From Candidatus Binatia bacterium (GTDB lineage Bacteria > Desulfobacterota > Binatia > Bin18): 64,000 bases of DNA. Location: assembly GCA_963666315.2 (NCBI GenBank), contig CAXXHG010000043.1, positions 448,001 through 512,000 of the forward strand, given 5' to 3'. Shown here piece by piece: positions 10,540 to 21,125 of the stretch (position 1 is the first letter of the stretch; the number at the start of each line of letters is the position of its first letter). The notes under the pieces were generated by a model that had not been told where the DNA came from, ran no database searches, and saw only the letters and a program-made list of their open reading frames with translations. The translations under genes and the position numbers were made by a program.

Positions 10540-12105
10540 TCAGGCGTTCCGGTGCTCAGGGCGAAGCAGGTCCATTACCGTCTTAACCGGATGAAATGTA
10601 CTGCTTGGTACTTCTACAAAGGCGGTATTCCAATATGCCATCGCACCGTTCCAGAGGCCCGGTAATTCGAGCGCGTGTAGCGGACGCCCGTCTTTTGATT
10701 TCTCAGAAATAAAGCCGGTATCGGGGTCAGTAAAACGTATCAAATCAAACGGCTGACCCTGATAGTCTCGGACGCCGCACACAAGATCGACAGGATTGAA
10801 ATGGGTCGCGGATTCCCAAATCGCTCGCTGGTTACGCCTCGTCATAGCAACCTGTGAGGACTCGACAATTTGGAGCGAAGTAGTTCCGCCGGCCTGTGTG
10901 ACCCAGAATGGTCCTCCGCCTGGCTCGCCCGTATTTCTGACCACGCCACACACGCGGAGTGGGCGATTGAGTCGATCAACCAGAAAGGCCCGTTTCTCTT
11001 GCGTTGAGAGGCGGGTGAAGTCTGAGGGAAATGTCAGCGCCAGCTTTTCTTGAGCAAATGAGTCGGCTGTCTCAGTAACCCGCTCTAGGGCTGGATCGGA
11101 CTCCAACCTTTCGAGATAGGAGAAAATTCCTTGCTGTAATTGGAGCAGGTAGCCGCACAGGAGCTTTTTATACCGATACGTATCGGCTTTGAGTTGGTCG
11201 GGCAGCACATTATCGATATTCTTAATAAAAATAATATCGCCCTGAAGATCATTGAGATTTTCTAATAATGCGCCATGCCCACCTGGACGAAAGACGAGCC
11301 TGGCATCATTTCCTCGAAACGGAATGTTGTGAGGATCCACGGCAATCGTGTCGGTAGAGGGCTTTTGAACGGAATACGAAAGGTCGAATTGACAGCCCTT
11401 TTGTCCATAGCGTTCCTGAACCAGAGCGAGGTAGGCTTGAATGGCTTGTTGATGCTGTGCAGGAACAGTGAAATGGACGCGTGCCACGGATGATGCATCC
11501 TGCGCATACTCAGCCGCTTCAACAAGATGTTCCTCAAAAGGGGTCCTGGTGTGATCGGTGTACGCATGGAATTTGATGAGCCCCTTGGGTTGATTGGCAT
11601 AATCTAACCCTGCTGGCGTGAGCAGATAGGTTAGGAGAACGTCATATCTACCCTGGCTCAGGACGCTGTCCAGATTGTATCCGTCCTTTTGCAGGGCGAT
11701 CTGGAGATCTGTCGAAAAGGCGAAGTGTTGGCATTCTGTGATAAATTTCTGGAATGCTAGGCAGGCGAGATCCCCACCCTCAGCTTCGTTCGTCAGCGTT
11801 TGTTTTGTCAGCAAACCCGGGGACTCGGAAAAAGAGAGGAGCAATGTGAACATCCGACTTGCTGCACCCGAGGCCGGGACAAATTTTGTGATCCGCCCTG
11901 CGTCGGCGGCAGCAGCATGTAGAGAGGCCAAACGGTCTTGTCCATCGAGCAACGTTGTTATCCCGTCGCCTAGCGTACACGGTCGATCTAATTGAATGGT
12001 AGGAAATCCCTGCTGAAACTGTTCGATATCTGAGGCTATTTTCTCAGGAGTGCTACCGCGCGCCCGGATTTCTTTGAGATCCTGATCATTCCATTCATAC
12101 GGCAT
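10540..12105 (-). CDS. DUF4301 family protein (putative nucleotide-sugar pyrophosphorylase)
   Basis: KFVPASGAASRMF, FRPGGHGAL, FIKNIDNV, GEPGGGPFW, THFNPVDLVC, ELPGLWNGAM, FHPVKT. Confidence 0.88.
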   Translation of the reverse strand: MPYEWNDQDLKEIRARGSTPEKIASDIEQFQQGFPTIQLDRPCTLGDGITTLLDGQDRLASLHAAAADAGRITKFVPASGAASRMFTLLLSFSESPGLLTKQTLTNEAEGGDLACLAFQKFITECQHFAFSTDLQIALQKDGYNLDSVLSQGRYDVLLTYLLTPAGLDYANQPKGLIKFHAYTDHTRTPFEEHLVEAAEYAQDASSVARVHFTVPAQHQQAIQAYLALVQERYGQKGCQFDLSYSVQKPSTDTIAVDPHNIPFRGNDARLVFRPGGHGALLENLNDLQGDIIFIKNIDNVLPDQLKADTYRYKKLLCGYLLQLQQGIFSYLERLESDPALERVTETADSFAQEKLALTFPSDFTRLSTQEKRAFLVDRLNRPLRVCGVVRNTGEPGGGPFWVTQAGGTTSLQIVESSQVAMTRRNQRAIWESATHFNPVDLVCGVRDYQGQPFDLIRFTDPDTGFISEKSKDGRPLHALELPGLWNGAMAYWNTAFVEVPSSTFHPVKTVMDLLRPEHRNA

Positions 12106-12257
12106 GCTAACCGATCTCCACCGTTCCCTGACTGAGAAGTCTCTTCCTGGGCAGGAAGTTCTCAGCCCACCCTCTTATTCTCCCTCAGAGTTGCGCGAAA
12201 GGCAAAAGTGTAGCGGAGAGGAGGGCGGGAGATCTCGCTCGTAGGCTGCTGGAGCGA

Positions 12258-13253
12258 CTATGAATTGTGTCGTGGACATCGCAGCTCAATCAGCCCGATC
12301 TCGGGAGGACACAAGAATCGTACGGGCAGCCCTGAGGAGCCAACCCCAGTACTCGTATAGCCCTGCATGGCGCGGTACTGCCAGCGGCCTTGCGTGTAGT
12401 GCCGTTTGCAGCTGGCATTAAGCAGCGGTGGGCCAATAAAAGGGAGAGCAATCTGTCCGCCGTGGGTATGACCACATAGGTAGAGGTCTATCCCATGAGC
12501 TGCGGCTTCTTGGATGATTTCGGGAGTGTGGACGAGGAGGAGGGTAAAGCCGTCCTGGGGCAAGCTGTGCAGCGCGCCGACCAAGTCGTCACAGCCGTAG
12601 TAATGTGGATCGTCGAGGCCGATCAACCACAGGCTCTCGGCTCCCTCTTGTATCTCGACTGCATCATTGACCAACATTTTGATGCCGAGTTGCTCCAGTT
12701 CAGCAACCTCCTCCGACACATCATGATTTCCAAGAATCCCGAAAGTCCCCAGACGGGGATGGATGCCTTTCAACATTTTTTCCATGGCTGGGTAAATGCC
12801 GTCACGCGGACCGGAGACATCAAAGCGGTAATCCCCAGTGAGGACGCATAGGTCGATATCCAGGGGGCGGATACACTCGACAATCTGCTCGGCGAGACCG
12901 GGCATCCCGTCTATATGCAAGTCTGAGAGATGCAAAATTTTGAGGCCGCAGAACGACTCCGGCAAGGGATCCATAACGAAGCGTTGGCGAGAGATCTGTG
13001 GTGCCAAGGCATTACTCTTGCCTTGATCCAGGAGGCCGAGGGCATTCAGGCCGCAGCGCAAGACGGGGATTAAAAAATATTGCGCGGCAAGATGGAAGGC
13101 TCTGCGTCCACGACCAGACCAGGAAGGAGCCCGTCCGTGTTCAATTGCGAGCCGTTTTTGCCATAGGTCCTCTTTGTTTTGTCTCTCATGTGGAAATGTC
13201 TCCGGCCGGGCGGTCGGGAGCGGTGGAAAATCTAAGATACGCGGAAGAGTCAT
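12258..13253 (-). CDS. Metallophosphoesterase (YkuE/YaeI-like)
   Basis: DLH, GD, GNHD, H, CGHTHGGQ calcineurin-like motifs; start uncertain. Confidence 0.9.
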   Translation of the reverse strand: MTLPRILDFPPLPTARPETFPHERQNKEDLWQKRLAIEHGRAPSWSGRGRRAFHLAAQYFLIPVLRCGLNALGLLDQGKSNALAPQISRQRFVMDPLPESFCGLKILHLSDLHIDGMPGLAEQIVECIRPLDIDLCVLTGDYRFDVSGPRDGIYPAMEKMLKGIHPRLGTFGILGNHDVSEEVAELEQLGIKMLVNDAVEIQEGAESLWLIGLDDPHYYGCDDLVGALHSLPQDGFTLLLVHTPEIIQEAAAHGIDLYLCGHTHGGQIALPFIGPPLLNASCKRHYTQGRWQYRAMQGYTSTGVGSSGLPVRFLCPPEIGLIELRCPRHNS

Positions 13254-13442
13254 ACAGGTCGTCTCGCGGATTGTCTTGGTTCGGAACACACGGAGAAGAA
13301 TGCCGTCGCGATCGTGCTACTAGGCGAACCATCTGGAATATGGTTGCATGCGTACGCGTACACGTACGGCTGCTTCTCCGCCTTCTCAGTCGGCAGCCGC
13401 AAGAGGAGATTTAGGGCTAGGGTAGGGTAGCGTTGCACGTTA

Positions 13443-13468
13443 ATGTTTTGAATGGATGTTTTGAATGG
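13443..13468. repeat. Perfect 13-bp tandem duplication ATGTTTTGAATGG x2
   Basis: Directly visible in the divergent intergenic region. Confidence 0.85.
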
Positions 13469-13519
13469 CGAAGGGAATTTCGAGAGGCGATAGTAGTGGG
13501 TTCTGAGGAGGATAGCTAG

Positions 13520-14551
13520 ATGGCCGTTGAGATACCCGTACTCACTCAACAATTACAAGAATTCTGTCTGACCCATTACGGGCAAGAGGCGGTTGTGAGC
13601 CAGGTTGAAGCCATGCCCGGTCATGCCGGACTCAGCTTTGGTTTCACTGTTGCGTACCAGCAGGACGGACAGCCGGACCAAGAATCGCTCGTCATGCGTA
13701 TTCCGCCTAAAGGCGTTCGCCAGAGCGGAAATACGGATGTCCTGCGCCAAGCGCCTCTCCTGCGCACCCTTAAAAAGAACGGCATAGCCGTGCCGACCGT
13801 ACGCTGGGCCGGGGACGATTTGCGCTGGTTTGAAGTACCGTATGTGATGGTCGAACGCCTTCCTGGTCGAACGTTTCATGTCTGGGAACCGGATCAGTCG
13901 TTTGAGTGTAGCGCGCAAGCGATTGCCCCGCTCTATGAGCAAGGGGTGCAGGCATTGGTGCAAGTCCACCAGCTTGACTGGAAAACCGAACTCGCCGGCT
14001 GGGAAGATCTTCGCTCGCTCGAACAAGAAATTCATTTTTGGGGTCCCATTTTGGCCAAGGCGGCTGAACCGGAGTGGATTACCTGGGGTGAGGAGGTCCG
14101 TGAGCTTTTACTGGCTCACCAACCGACAGATCCACCCATGGGGCTTTTTCACGGAGACTATCAGGGCACGAATTTGCTTTTCGATAAGCGCTCGGACGGC
14201 GAGAAACTGGTGGCGCTCTTAGATTGGGAGATTTCCGGCATTAGTGGACACCTCTTGGATTTAGGCTGGTTGCTGGTGTTCATTGACCCGGAAAGCTGGG
14301 ATTCCGAGCGGCGACCCATTACCGTTACTCCGCCGATTGAGGACCTCGTGGCTCTGTATGAAGATGGGATGCAGCGTACCGTGCCGGATATCAAGTGGTA
14401 CCGTGCGCTGGCCGGCTACCGCTTTGGAGCGATCAGTTGCTTTAACGTCATGCTCCACCGTCGAGGCAAGCGCCATGACCCGGAGTGGGAGCTGATCGCG
14501 CCATCGGTCAAAACGCTCTTTGGCCGGGCCAAGGAGTTGCTACTCAGTTAG
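13520..14551 (+). CDS. Aminoglycoside phosphotransferase-family (ACAD10/11-like) kinase
   Basis: HGDY...NLLF, LLDWE, DLGW; RBS GAGGAGG. Confidence 0.9.
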   Translation: MAVEIPVLTQQLQEFCLTHYGQEAVVSQVEAMPGHAGLSFGFTVAYQQDGQPDQESLVMRIPPKGVRQSGNTDVLRQAPLLRTLKKNGIAVPTVRWAGDDLRWFEVPYVMVERLPGRTFHVWEPDQSFECSAQAIAPLYEQGVQALVQVHQLDWKTELAGWEDLRSLEQEIHFWGPILAKAAEPEWITWGEEVRELLLAHQPTDPPMGLFHGDYQGTNLLFDKRSDGEKLVALLDWEISGISGHLLDLGWLLVFIDPESWDSERRPITVTPPIEDLVALYEDGMQRTVPDIKWYRALAGYRFGAISCFNVMLHRRGKRHDPEWELIAPSVKTLFGRAKELLLS

Positions 14552-14629
14552 TCCTGTTATTCAGAAATTAGGCCGGTTATCATCAGTCCAGTCTCAGAAC
14601 CCAATCTCAGAACGCGGAGGAGGCGCCCT

Positions 14630-15046
14630 ATATCCACCGAAGCAAATAAACAGATTGTCAAAGATTCTTTTGCGGCACTCTCAAGAGGCGATAACGAAGC
14701 AGGCTTTCAGCTGCTAGCCGGTGATATGACCTGGACCGTGATTGGTGACACGCCGGTCTCAGGGACGTATCGGGGTCTGAAAGCGATCCAAGAGGACTTC
14801 CTCGGCAAGGTATTTCAGCAGATCGATCAGGAGGCCGGGATTGCGCTGGAAATGGTCGAGTTGATCGCTGAAGGTGATGAAGTCGTTGCTCGAATCAAAG
14901 GGACGGTCACCGGAAAATACGGGCCGTATAATAATCGCTATTATCACGTGTTTACTGTTCGTGACGGAAAAATCGTTGAGAATATCGAACATCTGGATAC
15001 GGCCTTAATTGAGACCGCACTCTACGGTAAGAAACTGGTCGCATGA
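14630..15046 (+). CDS. NTF2/SnoaL-like (ketosteroid isomerase-like) protein, probable ATA start
   Basis: Frame open upstream of ATG 14726 giving (I)STEANKQIVKDSFAALSRGD; GGAGGAGG 6 nt before ATA; C-terminus YNN.Y..VF.VRDGKI...E.LDT. Confidence 0.8.
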   Translation: MSTEANKQIVKDSFAALSRGDNEAGFQLLAGDMTWTVIGDTPVSGTYRGLKAIQEDFLGKVFQQIDQEAGIALEMVELIAEGDEVVARIKGTVTGKYGPYNNRYYHVFTVRDGKIVENIEHLDTALIETALYGKKLVA

Positions 15047-16098
15047 CCGAGCGTCCCTCACGCATCGTTACCTCCGATGCTTTGCGAGATTTCATCGTGC
15101 AGCTGCTGCGAGCAGCCGGCTGTCTGGATGAGGCAGCCAAAACCACAGCCGACGTTTTACTCGAGGCCGATCTGCGCGGGTATGGCACGCACGGCCTCTT
15201 GCGTTTGCCGACGATGATCCGTCGTATTCAGCGCGGGATGATCAATCCGCAGGCGCAACCGCACGTCATCAAAGAGTCTGAGGCAAGCGCGCTGATTGAT
15301 GCAGATCGAGCCTTAGGACCAGTCGGCGTTACTTCTGCCGCTCGCTTGGCTATCCGCAAGGCCAAACAAGCGGGTAGTGCGGTAGTTGGCGTAATCAACT
15401 GCGACCATATCTGCATGGCCGGCTACTACGTTGAACAGATCGCTAAAGCGGGCTGTGTCGGCATCCTTGCCGGAGTCACCCAACCCCTGGTGCATCCTTT
15501 AGGCGGGGTAGAACGGCTCCTTGGAACCAACCCTTTCGCCGTCGCAATTCCAACCGCTAGAGATGTCCCTGTGCTACTAGACTTTGCCACCAGCGCGATT
15601 GCTTTTGGTACGGTCCTTCAGTCCAAAGCCCATCGTGAGCCTTTACCCCGAGGAGTAGCGGTCGGTCCGGACGGGCGACCCACGACGGATGCCGAGCAAG
15701 CCGCGGAAGGCGCGTTGGCCCCGTTCGGCGGACACAAAGGGTATGGTTTGGGGCTCATCTTGGGCCTGTTGGCAGGCCCGTTGCTAGGCGCGAAAGTCGG
15801 CAAAACCCTAGGGCAGGCCGTTAAAGAAGGCCACTACGACAAAGGGGAACTGCTTATCGCGATAGATCCCGCTATGTTTGGTGATCCGGCTCTCTTCCGT
15901 ACCACCGTTGAGGCGCATATCGCGGAGATTAAAGCGGTCAAGAAAGCGCCTGGGGTCGAAGAAATCCGCGTCCCTGGCGAACGTAGTTTCGCCGAACGTG
16001 AGCGTCGAATTCGTGCGGGAGTCCCAGTAGAAGACGGGCTATGGGAGCAGGTCGGCGAATTGGCGCAGGAGTTCGAGATCAGCCTGCCTGCGCCATAA
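15043..16098 (+). CDS. Ldh_2 family oxidoreductase (malate/L-lactate/ureidoglycolate dehydrogenase-like)
   Basis: ADLRG..THG, GTNP, LDFATS, FGGHKGYGL, RVPGE. Confidence 0.92.
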   Translation: MTERPSRIVTSDALRDFIVQLLRAAGCLDEAAKTTADVLLEADLRGYGTHGLLRLPTMIRRIQRGMINPQAQPHVIKESEASALIDADRALGPVGVTSAARLAIRKAKQAGSAVVGVINCDHICMAGYYVEQIAKAGCVGILAGVTQPLVHPLGGVERLLGTNPFAVAIPTARDVPVLLDFATSAIAFGTVLQSKAHREPLPRGVAVGPDGRPTTDAEQAAEGALAPFGGHKGYGLGLILGLLAGPLLGAKVGKTLGQAVKEGHYDKGELLIAIDPAMFGDPALFRTTVEAHIAEIKAVKKAPGVEEIRVPGERSFAERERRIRAGVPVEDGLWEQVGELAQEFEISLPAP

Positions 16099-17137
16099 TG
16101 CGCTGGGCGCGTTCGATGAGTTGCGGCACCTTCCACTCAAATTCGGCGGTCTTTGGGTTGGCAGCGGATCCTTCGAGATACAAACGATACAGCCCTTCTA
16201 GGATGACCGCGTACTTCCAGACCGCAAGGCAGTGGTAGAACGGAAAATGTTCCATGCTGCGTCCCGTTTGCCGCTCGTACCGAGCCGCCATCTCTTCGCG
16301 AGACAAAAAACCTGGTTGCTGGGTAATATAATTGCTGCCTATCGGATCGGCTTCGTTTTGCTCGTCTCCGGTTGGCCCCCAAAAGCTGAGCAGCCAACCC
16401 AAGTCGGTCAGCGGATCGCCCAGGGTGGCCATCTCCCAGTCGAATATCGCGACGAGCCGAGCGGGTGTCTGAGCCGAGAACATCACGTTATCGACTTTAT
16501 AATCGCCGTGGACGACGGTGGCTGCAGAGGCTGAGGGTAGGCGTTGCTGGAGCCAGTCGCCAACCTCTTTGAGTCCGGGCAATGAACGGGTATGGGGTAG
16601 GGTGAGTTCGCACTGCTTGGTCCAGCGTTTGAGCTGGCGTTCAAGATACCCCTGTGGTCTGCCAATACCCTCAAGATCCGTGCCTTGCCACTGGACCGCA
16701 TGCAATTCGGCCAGCGCATCAATCAGTTCCTCACCCAGTCGTTTTCGTTCTGCCGGCGGGTCGAAAATCTCGGGTAGGCTTTCACGGACCACTAAGCCCT
16801 CCGCGCGTTGCATGAGATAAAAGGGCACGCCGAGTACGTCTTGATCCTCACACGCAATAACCGGCTGTGGAGTGCGCACGTCCATAGACGCCAAGGCTGA
16901 CAGCACGCGGTATTCGCGTAACATATCGTGAGCCGTGGGCAGCAAATCGCCGCTGGGCGGACGCCGCAGGACCCAGCGTTGCTCTCCCCAGGAGACAAAA
17001 AATGTTTCATTTGAATAGCCGGCTTCGTGTCGTTCAATACTGATGTCGCCGATATCGCCTTTTTCGGGGGACAGCGTGTCGCGCAGAAAGCGAATGAGCT
17101 GTGGGAGGTGAATAAGCGAGCTTTTTTCTCGGGTCAT
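16079..17137 (-). CDS. APH-family phosphotransferase (ACAD10/11 N-terminal-like)
   Basis: G.SNET, VLRRPP..LLPTAHDM.RE, HGDY..DN, DWEMATLGDP. Confidence 0.92.
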   Translation of the reverse strand: MTREKSSLIHLPQLIRFLRDTLSPEKGDIGDISIERHEAGYSNETFFVSWGEQRWVLRRPPSGDLLPTAHDMLREYRVLSALASMDVRTPQPVIACEDQDVLGVPFYLMQRAEGLVVRESLPEIFDPPAERKRLGEELIDALAELHAVQWQGTDLEGIGRPQGYLERQLKRWTKQCELTLPHTRSLPGLKEVGDWLQQRLPSASAATVVHGDYKVDNVMFSAQTPARLVAIFDWEMATLGDPLTDLGWLLSFWGPTGDEQNEADPIGSNYITQQPGFLSREEMAARYERQTGRSMEHFPFYHCLAVWKYAVILEGLYRLYLEGSAANPKTAEFEWKVPQLIERAQRIMAQAG

Positions 17138-17148
17138 AGGCTGTCTTT

Positions 17149-18500
17149 CTACTCCTCTTGGACTTGATACGCATCGTGCTGGCGTCTGCGGTCACTGATG
17201 CCCTCTTCAACAGTTCCAGCCGTAATGACTTCGTACAAAACGGCCTGTTTGCCTGCGCGTTTACGCAGAATGCGGCCCATGCGCTGGACGTGCTCGCGGA
17301 TTGATCCGGAGCCGGAAAGAACGATAGCCACGCTCGCATCCGGGACATTTATCCCTCATAGAGCACTTTAGAGGTGGCGAGTGCCAAATAATCACCTTGG
17401 TTAAAGGCTTCGAGGATGGCTTTTCTTTCCTTGGTGGCTGTTTGATGTGTGATCGCTGGGATCAAAAACGCTGCCGAAATTTCATACACGGTATCATTGT
17501 CGCTGGTGAAAATAATGGTCCGTTCCCTGGCATGTTTCTTTAACAAGAAATCCGGCGTTCGCAGCTTGGCCTGTGTTCCCAAGGCGAGTTTCTTGGCCCG
17601 TTGATGTGCGAGGAGCGCGCCGCGGCCCTTCCGACTCTTGACACTCTCACGAATAAACCAGTGCCAACCGGATAAGCCGTCCGATACAATGCCGTGGTCA
17701 ACAATGAAGTTATAAAAAGTTCCGCGTGCCGGCGGTATTCCTCTTCTTCTTCTGGAGTCAGCGTTACCTTGATCCGCTCGATCACGTAGTCGGCCAGATA
17801 TTCACCCGCAAGATCGGTGATGCCCTTGGTATAGACCTGCGGGCCGATGAGTTCGTCGAACAGCGCGTTCCGGGGTCGCAGTCAAACCCAGCCGATACGG
17901 CGCTAAACACCTCTCTGCCGCATGGCTATACACTTCGCCTGGCACGTGGTGGCATTCGTCAAAAATAATCAATCCCCAACGATTGCCCAGCCGATCCATA
18001 TGTCTATAGGCGCTATCATAGGTTGTGACGGTCAGGTCTTCGATTTTGTAATAGCCACCACCGATGAGTCCGATGGTCTTGTCAAACGCCGCACACATTA
18101 GGTTGTACCACTGATTCATCAAATCAATCGTTGGGGCAACCACGAGTGTACTGCGTTGGACTGTCTCTATCGCCTTTTGGCCGACGCAACTCTTACCGGC
18201 TCCGGTCGGCAGGATCACGACCCCGCGCCGGCCGGCTGTGTCCCAGGCCTCAAGAGCTTCGCTCTGAAACGGGCGTGGCGTCTGGGTTAAGCGGCTGGAC
18301 AATGTGAGCCTGCGATAGGCAGGCGCGGCGTTGGTATGGGGCTGTGCGGACTGTTTGAAGGCTGCAACGACCTGACGATAGTGGTGAGCTTGGGTACGCC
18401 AGCGATCAACGCGCGCATCCCACTGAAAGCAGGCCGGAGGAGTAAACCCTGCAGACGAATTGTACAGAACTAAAGTGCCAAGGTCGAACGACAGGCGCAT
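17149..18500 (-). pseudogene. XPB/Rad25 (SSL2)-like DEAD/DEAH helicase, fragmented
   Basis: LPTGAGKS, DECHH, LGLTAT in 17802-18500; downstream fragments [25 protein letters not shown] in other frames. Confidence 0.85.
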
Positions 18501-18582
18501 TGGAAGAGGGGTTGCGGGATAGGGGATAGGGGGGAACAGGGCTCCTACGCAACCCTCAGCTCCTAACCCGCAGCCCCCATTT

Positions 18583-19794
18583 TTACACTATGTGCTTCTC
18601 ACGCAGCGCGGCAATTCTCTCCGTGCTGAAGCCGACGCTGCCCAGCACTTCCTCAGTGTGTTGCCCGAGCGACGGGGCAAAGGTGCGTATCGAGCCCGGC
18701 GTGTTCGATAGTTTGATGGCGATGCCGGCGTGGGTCACTTTTCCCGCTTGCGGGTGGTCTAGCTCAACCGCCATTTCTCGATGCTTCACCTGTGGGTCTT
18801 CAAAGACTTCGGGTACATCGTATACTTTGCCTACGCACACATCCGCTTTGGTGAAAAAGTCAAACCATTCGTCTCGCGTTTTGGTCAGTAAAATCTCCTG
18901 AAATTCCTGTTTCACCTGTTGATGTCGTTGGGTCGAGTGCCCGGAGAAATCGCCCATCTTCATGCCGCAGTCTTTCCAATCCGGCCGGTCGAGCACGTCG
19001 CACACATTATTCCACAGCCAAGGTTCGGTGCAGCCTATGGACAGCTGTTTGCCGTCCTTGGTGTTATAGACACTGTAATACGCATACCCACCGCCAAAGA
19101 CGCCTTTTGCCCGGCCCGGCATGGTGCCGTCTGCAAAATAATCACGCACGTTCGGCGTCGCGGCCAGCAGTGAGATGGTCGTGTCCAAATACGAGATATC
19201 GACCCATTGGCCTTTGCCCGTTTGCTGACGGGAAAACAGCGCATACATAATCCCGAGCGCGCCGTGCATCGAGGCCCCCGCGTAGTCGGCAATAATATTG
19301 AGCGGAATAGAGGGCGGGCCTTCGGACGGCCCAATCAAGTCCAGAACCCCACTCAAGGCGAGAAAGTTCAGGTCGTGGGCCGGAAAATCCCGGTACGGCC
19401 CGTCTTGGCCATAGCCGCTCAGCGAGCAATACACGAGACCGGGATTAATCTTGCTCAGTCTCTCGTAGTCACCGCCCAGCCGTTGCATCACTCCGGGCCG
19501 GAAGCCCTCGACCAAGACATCATATTCCTTGGCTAACGCATGCAGGACTTCTTGTCCGGCCGGATCTTTGAGATTCAGAGTCAGGCTTTTTTTATTGCGA
19601 TTGGTAAAGCTGGTGGCAATTTTATGCGCCTCCTCCGGCTGTGGAGAGGCACCGGAGCCCGCTAGTTTGCCCGTAGGCGGAGGCTCGATTTTCAGCACCT
19701 CAGCGCCCATATCCGCCAGCATCATGGTACAGAACGCGCCTGGTCCAACCCGTGTCAGCTCAAGAACTTTAATTCCGTCGAGTGCGAGTGCCAT
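18583..19794 (-). CDS. Family III CoA-transferase (CaiB/BaiF)
   Basis: LDGIKVLEL, LADMGAEVLKIE, NRNKKS, EGFRPGV, catalytic Asp in IADYAG, APSLGQHT. Confidence 0.94.
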   Translation of the reverse strand: MALALDGIKVLELTRVGPGAFCTMMLADMGAEVLKIEPPPTGKLAGSGASPQPEEAHKIATSFTNRNKKSLTLNLKDPAGQEVLHALAKEYDVLVEGFRPGVMQRLGGDYERLSKINPGLVYCSLSGYGQDGPYRDFPAHDLNFLALSGVLDLIGPSEGPPSIPLNIIADYAGASMHGALGIMYALFSRQQTGKGQWVDISYLDTTISLLAATPNVRDYFADGTMPGRAKGVFGGGYAYYSVYNTKDGKQLSIGCTEPWLWNNVCDVLDRPDWKDCGMKMGDFSGHSTQRHQQVKQEFQEILLTKTRDEWFDFFTKADVCVGKVYDVPEVFEDPQVKHREMAVELDHPQAGKVTHAGIAIKLSNTPGSIRTFAPSLGQHTEEVLGSVGFSTERIAALREKHIV

Positions 19795-19984
19795 GCTTCC
19801 CTCCTTACGAGAACGAAGAGTGTCGTCGGGAATTGTTATAAACGATCCGCCCGTGACAGCGCTAGAGGTGTTTATGCATTCATGGCTTTTCCCCTGTATC
19901 GTTCAGTAGCCGAATTGTCGCACTCCTACCTATCTGCTAGCGTGTGGCTTCCTGATTACACCAACGACGTGAGGGATAAGGCTT

Positions 19985-21103
19985 GTGTCTCCGCAAGAGA
20001 AACTCCAAAAGATTCGGGAAGAACTGCAACGCAGTTTTCTCGAACGAACGGCACCCATTGACGGTGCGCTCGCCGCTCTGCTGGCGTCTCAGCACGTCCT
20101 CATTATCGGTCCACCTGGGACGGCCAAGTCGATGTTGGCCGACGAGCTGTGTCGACGCATCACCGGAGCGAGCTATTTCCAGTGGCTGCTGACCAAATTC
20201 ACCACGCCGGAAGAACTGTTTGGGGCGGTAAGCCTCAAAGCGCTCGAAGCCGACGACTATCGACGCGTGACGGACAACAAGCTGCCGGAGGCGCATGTTG
20301 CCTTCCTGGATGAGGTCTTTAAGTCGAGTTCGGCTATCTTGAATTCCATCCTCACGATTATTAATGAACGGCTGTTTCACAACGGACGTGAGGTTGTGCA
20401 CGTGCCTCTCCTGACGTTATTCGGTGCCAGTAATGAATTGCCCGAAGACGACGAACTTGTTGCGCTGTACGATCGTTTTTTACTGCGCTTTACCGTGGAT
20501 TACATTCAAGAGGATTTCCGCTTCCTGCATATGCTTCAGGCGCAAGAGCCGGCTGAACGTACGACCCTCAGCCTCGACGAGTTGCGCCAGCTTCAGACGG
20601 ATGTCCGAGCTGTCACCGTCTCTGGGACTATTCTTGGCGTGGTGGCCGATATTCGTCGCGAACTCAGGTCAAAGGATATCCTGGCGTCCGACCGTCGCTA
20701 TCGTCAGAGTATCGGCCTGATGCAAGCTCTGGCGTGTCTTGACGGACGTAGCGCTGTGGTTGAAGCCGATCTGTTTTTTCTTGAACATATCTTATGGAAG
20801 GATCCTTCCGAGCAGGCGGCGGTGCATACGGTCATCCATTGTATTATCCGCGGCTATGAGGATGAGGTACAGGAACTCTTATTCCAGACTCGAGAGTTGC
20901 GTGAGTATGCCGAGCGGTCTTGGGACGACGCCGAGCAGCACGCCCGAGCCGTGATCGAAGCACATACCAAGATCCGTAATATTCTGACGAAGGTGGAAGA
21001 GATTCACCACCACGCTCAGGAGGTCGGGCGGGTAACCGATAAGGTCGAGACCGTAAAACGAGAGATCCAAGAGATCCAAGGCCAGTTGCTGCAAAAGCTC
21101 TAA
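19985..21103 (+). CDS. MoxR-family AAA+ ATPase (RavA-like)
   Basis: GPPGTAKS, FTTPEELFG, FLDEVFK, NSILTIINER, ASNELP, LYDRF, SDRR. Confidence 0.92.
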   Translation: MSPQEKLQKIREELQRSFLERTAPIDGALAALLASQHVLIIGPPGTAKSMLADELCRRITGASYFQWLLTKFTTPEELFGAVSLKALEADDYRRVTDNKLPEAHVAFLDEVFKSSSAILNSILTIINERLFHNGREVVHVPLLTLFGASNELPEDDELVALYDRFLLRFTVDYIQEDFRFLHMLQAQEPAERTTLSLDELRQLQTDVRAVTVSGTILGVVADIRRELRSKDILASDRRYRQSIGLMQALACLDGRSAVVEADLFFLEHILWKDPSEQAAVHTVIHCIIRGYEDEVQELLFQTRELREYAERSWDDAEQHARAVIEAHTKIRNILTKVEEIHHHAQEVGRVTDKVETVKREIQEIQGQLLQKL

Positions 21104-21125
21104 CCAAGCTCTCATATGGACGGCT

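Noticed and set aside
17149-18500. Programmed frameshifting in the helicase, treT, BVMO or GST genes
   Set aside because: Multiple breaks per gene and no consistent slippery-site plus stimulator pattern.
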